DNA of 25,170 nt from a virus (Duplodnaviria; Caudoviricetes), in IMG/VR virus record IMGVR_UViG_3300020440_001398, positions 1 to 25,170 of that record, one strand, 5' to 3'. A program made the position numbers and the translations under genes. The notes beneath the pieces were generated by a model that was given only the letters and a program-made list of their open reading frames with translations, was not told the origin of the DNA and did not search any database. Below, piece after piece: positions 25,098-25,170 of this stretch. The first letter of the stretch is position 1; the number at the start of each line of letters is the position of its first letter.

Positions 25098-25170
25098 TTG
25101 AATATTGATTTAAATAAGTATAAAGAATTTGTTGAAGAAGTAACAAGCGAACAGAGCAACAATGTTACAC
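25098..25170 (+). CDS. Start of a probable MazG-like nucleotide pyrophosphohydrolase (3'-truncated)
   Basis: SD GAGG then TTG 25098: (M)NIDLNKYKEFVEEVTSEQSNNVT. Resembles the KYxEFVxxVTS N-terminus of phage MazG-like proteins, but only 24 codons are visible. Confidence 0.45.
   Translation, partial: MNIDLNKYKEFVEEVTSEQSNNVT

Noticed and set aside
1-25170. CRISPR array, tRNA/rRNA genes, IS elements, clear intrinsic terminators, stop-codon reassignment
   Set aside because: No regularly spaced repeats, cloverleafs, transposases or GC hairpin plus U-tract seen by eye. Intergenic gaps are under 80 nt. TAA, TAG and TGA all terminate genes normally.

Overview
A 25 kb, AT-rich, densely coding segment of a large lytic dsDNA phage of T4-superfamily (myovirus) style, probably aquatic. 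Almost all genes are on the + strand. Left part (1-7174): accessory and auxiliary metabolic genes, including a Cst-II/Maf-like transferase, a divergent QueD/PTPS, a GT8-like glycosyltransferase, a 2OG-Fe(II) oxygenase, a UvsE UV-damage endonuclease, small membrane proteins, one minus-strand CxxC/CxxC protein and an IscA/ErpA Fe-S carrier. Centre (7175-23614): a tail/baseplate module with a 2842-aa fibre-like protein, two more proteins with T4 gp9/gp10-like N-termini, a modular fibre, a subtilisin S8 protease and an Ig-repeat protein. Right end: a stand-alone fragment of a DnaE (Pol III alpha) palm, GroES and the start of a MazG-like gene. Two promoter classes are readable: sigma70 TTGACA-N17-TAnnnT and a late-type TAAATA. 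Highlights: (1) a preQ1-riboswitch-like pseudoknot with anti-Shine-Dalgarno alternatives between a perfect sigma70 promoter and the phage queD; (2) four apparently leaderless transcripts; (3) a DnaE fragment ending just before the catalytic aspartates, suggesting an intein-less split polymerase; (4) an Fe-S carrier heading the late tail operon, near His-rich fibre modules. All family calls come from motif recognition by eye; no database search was run.
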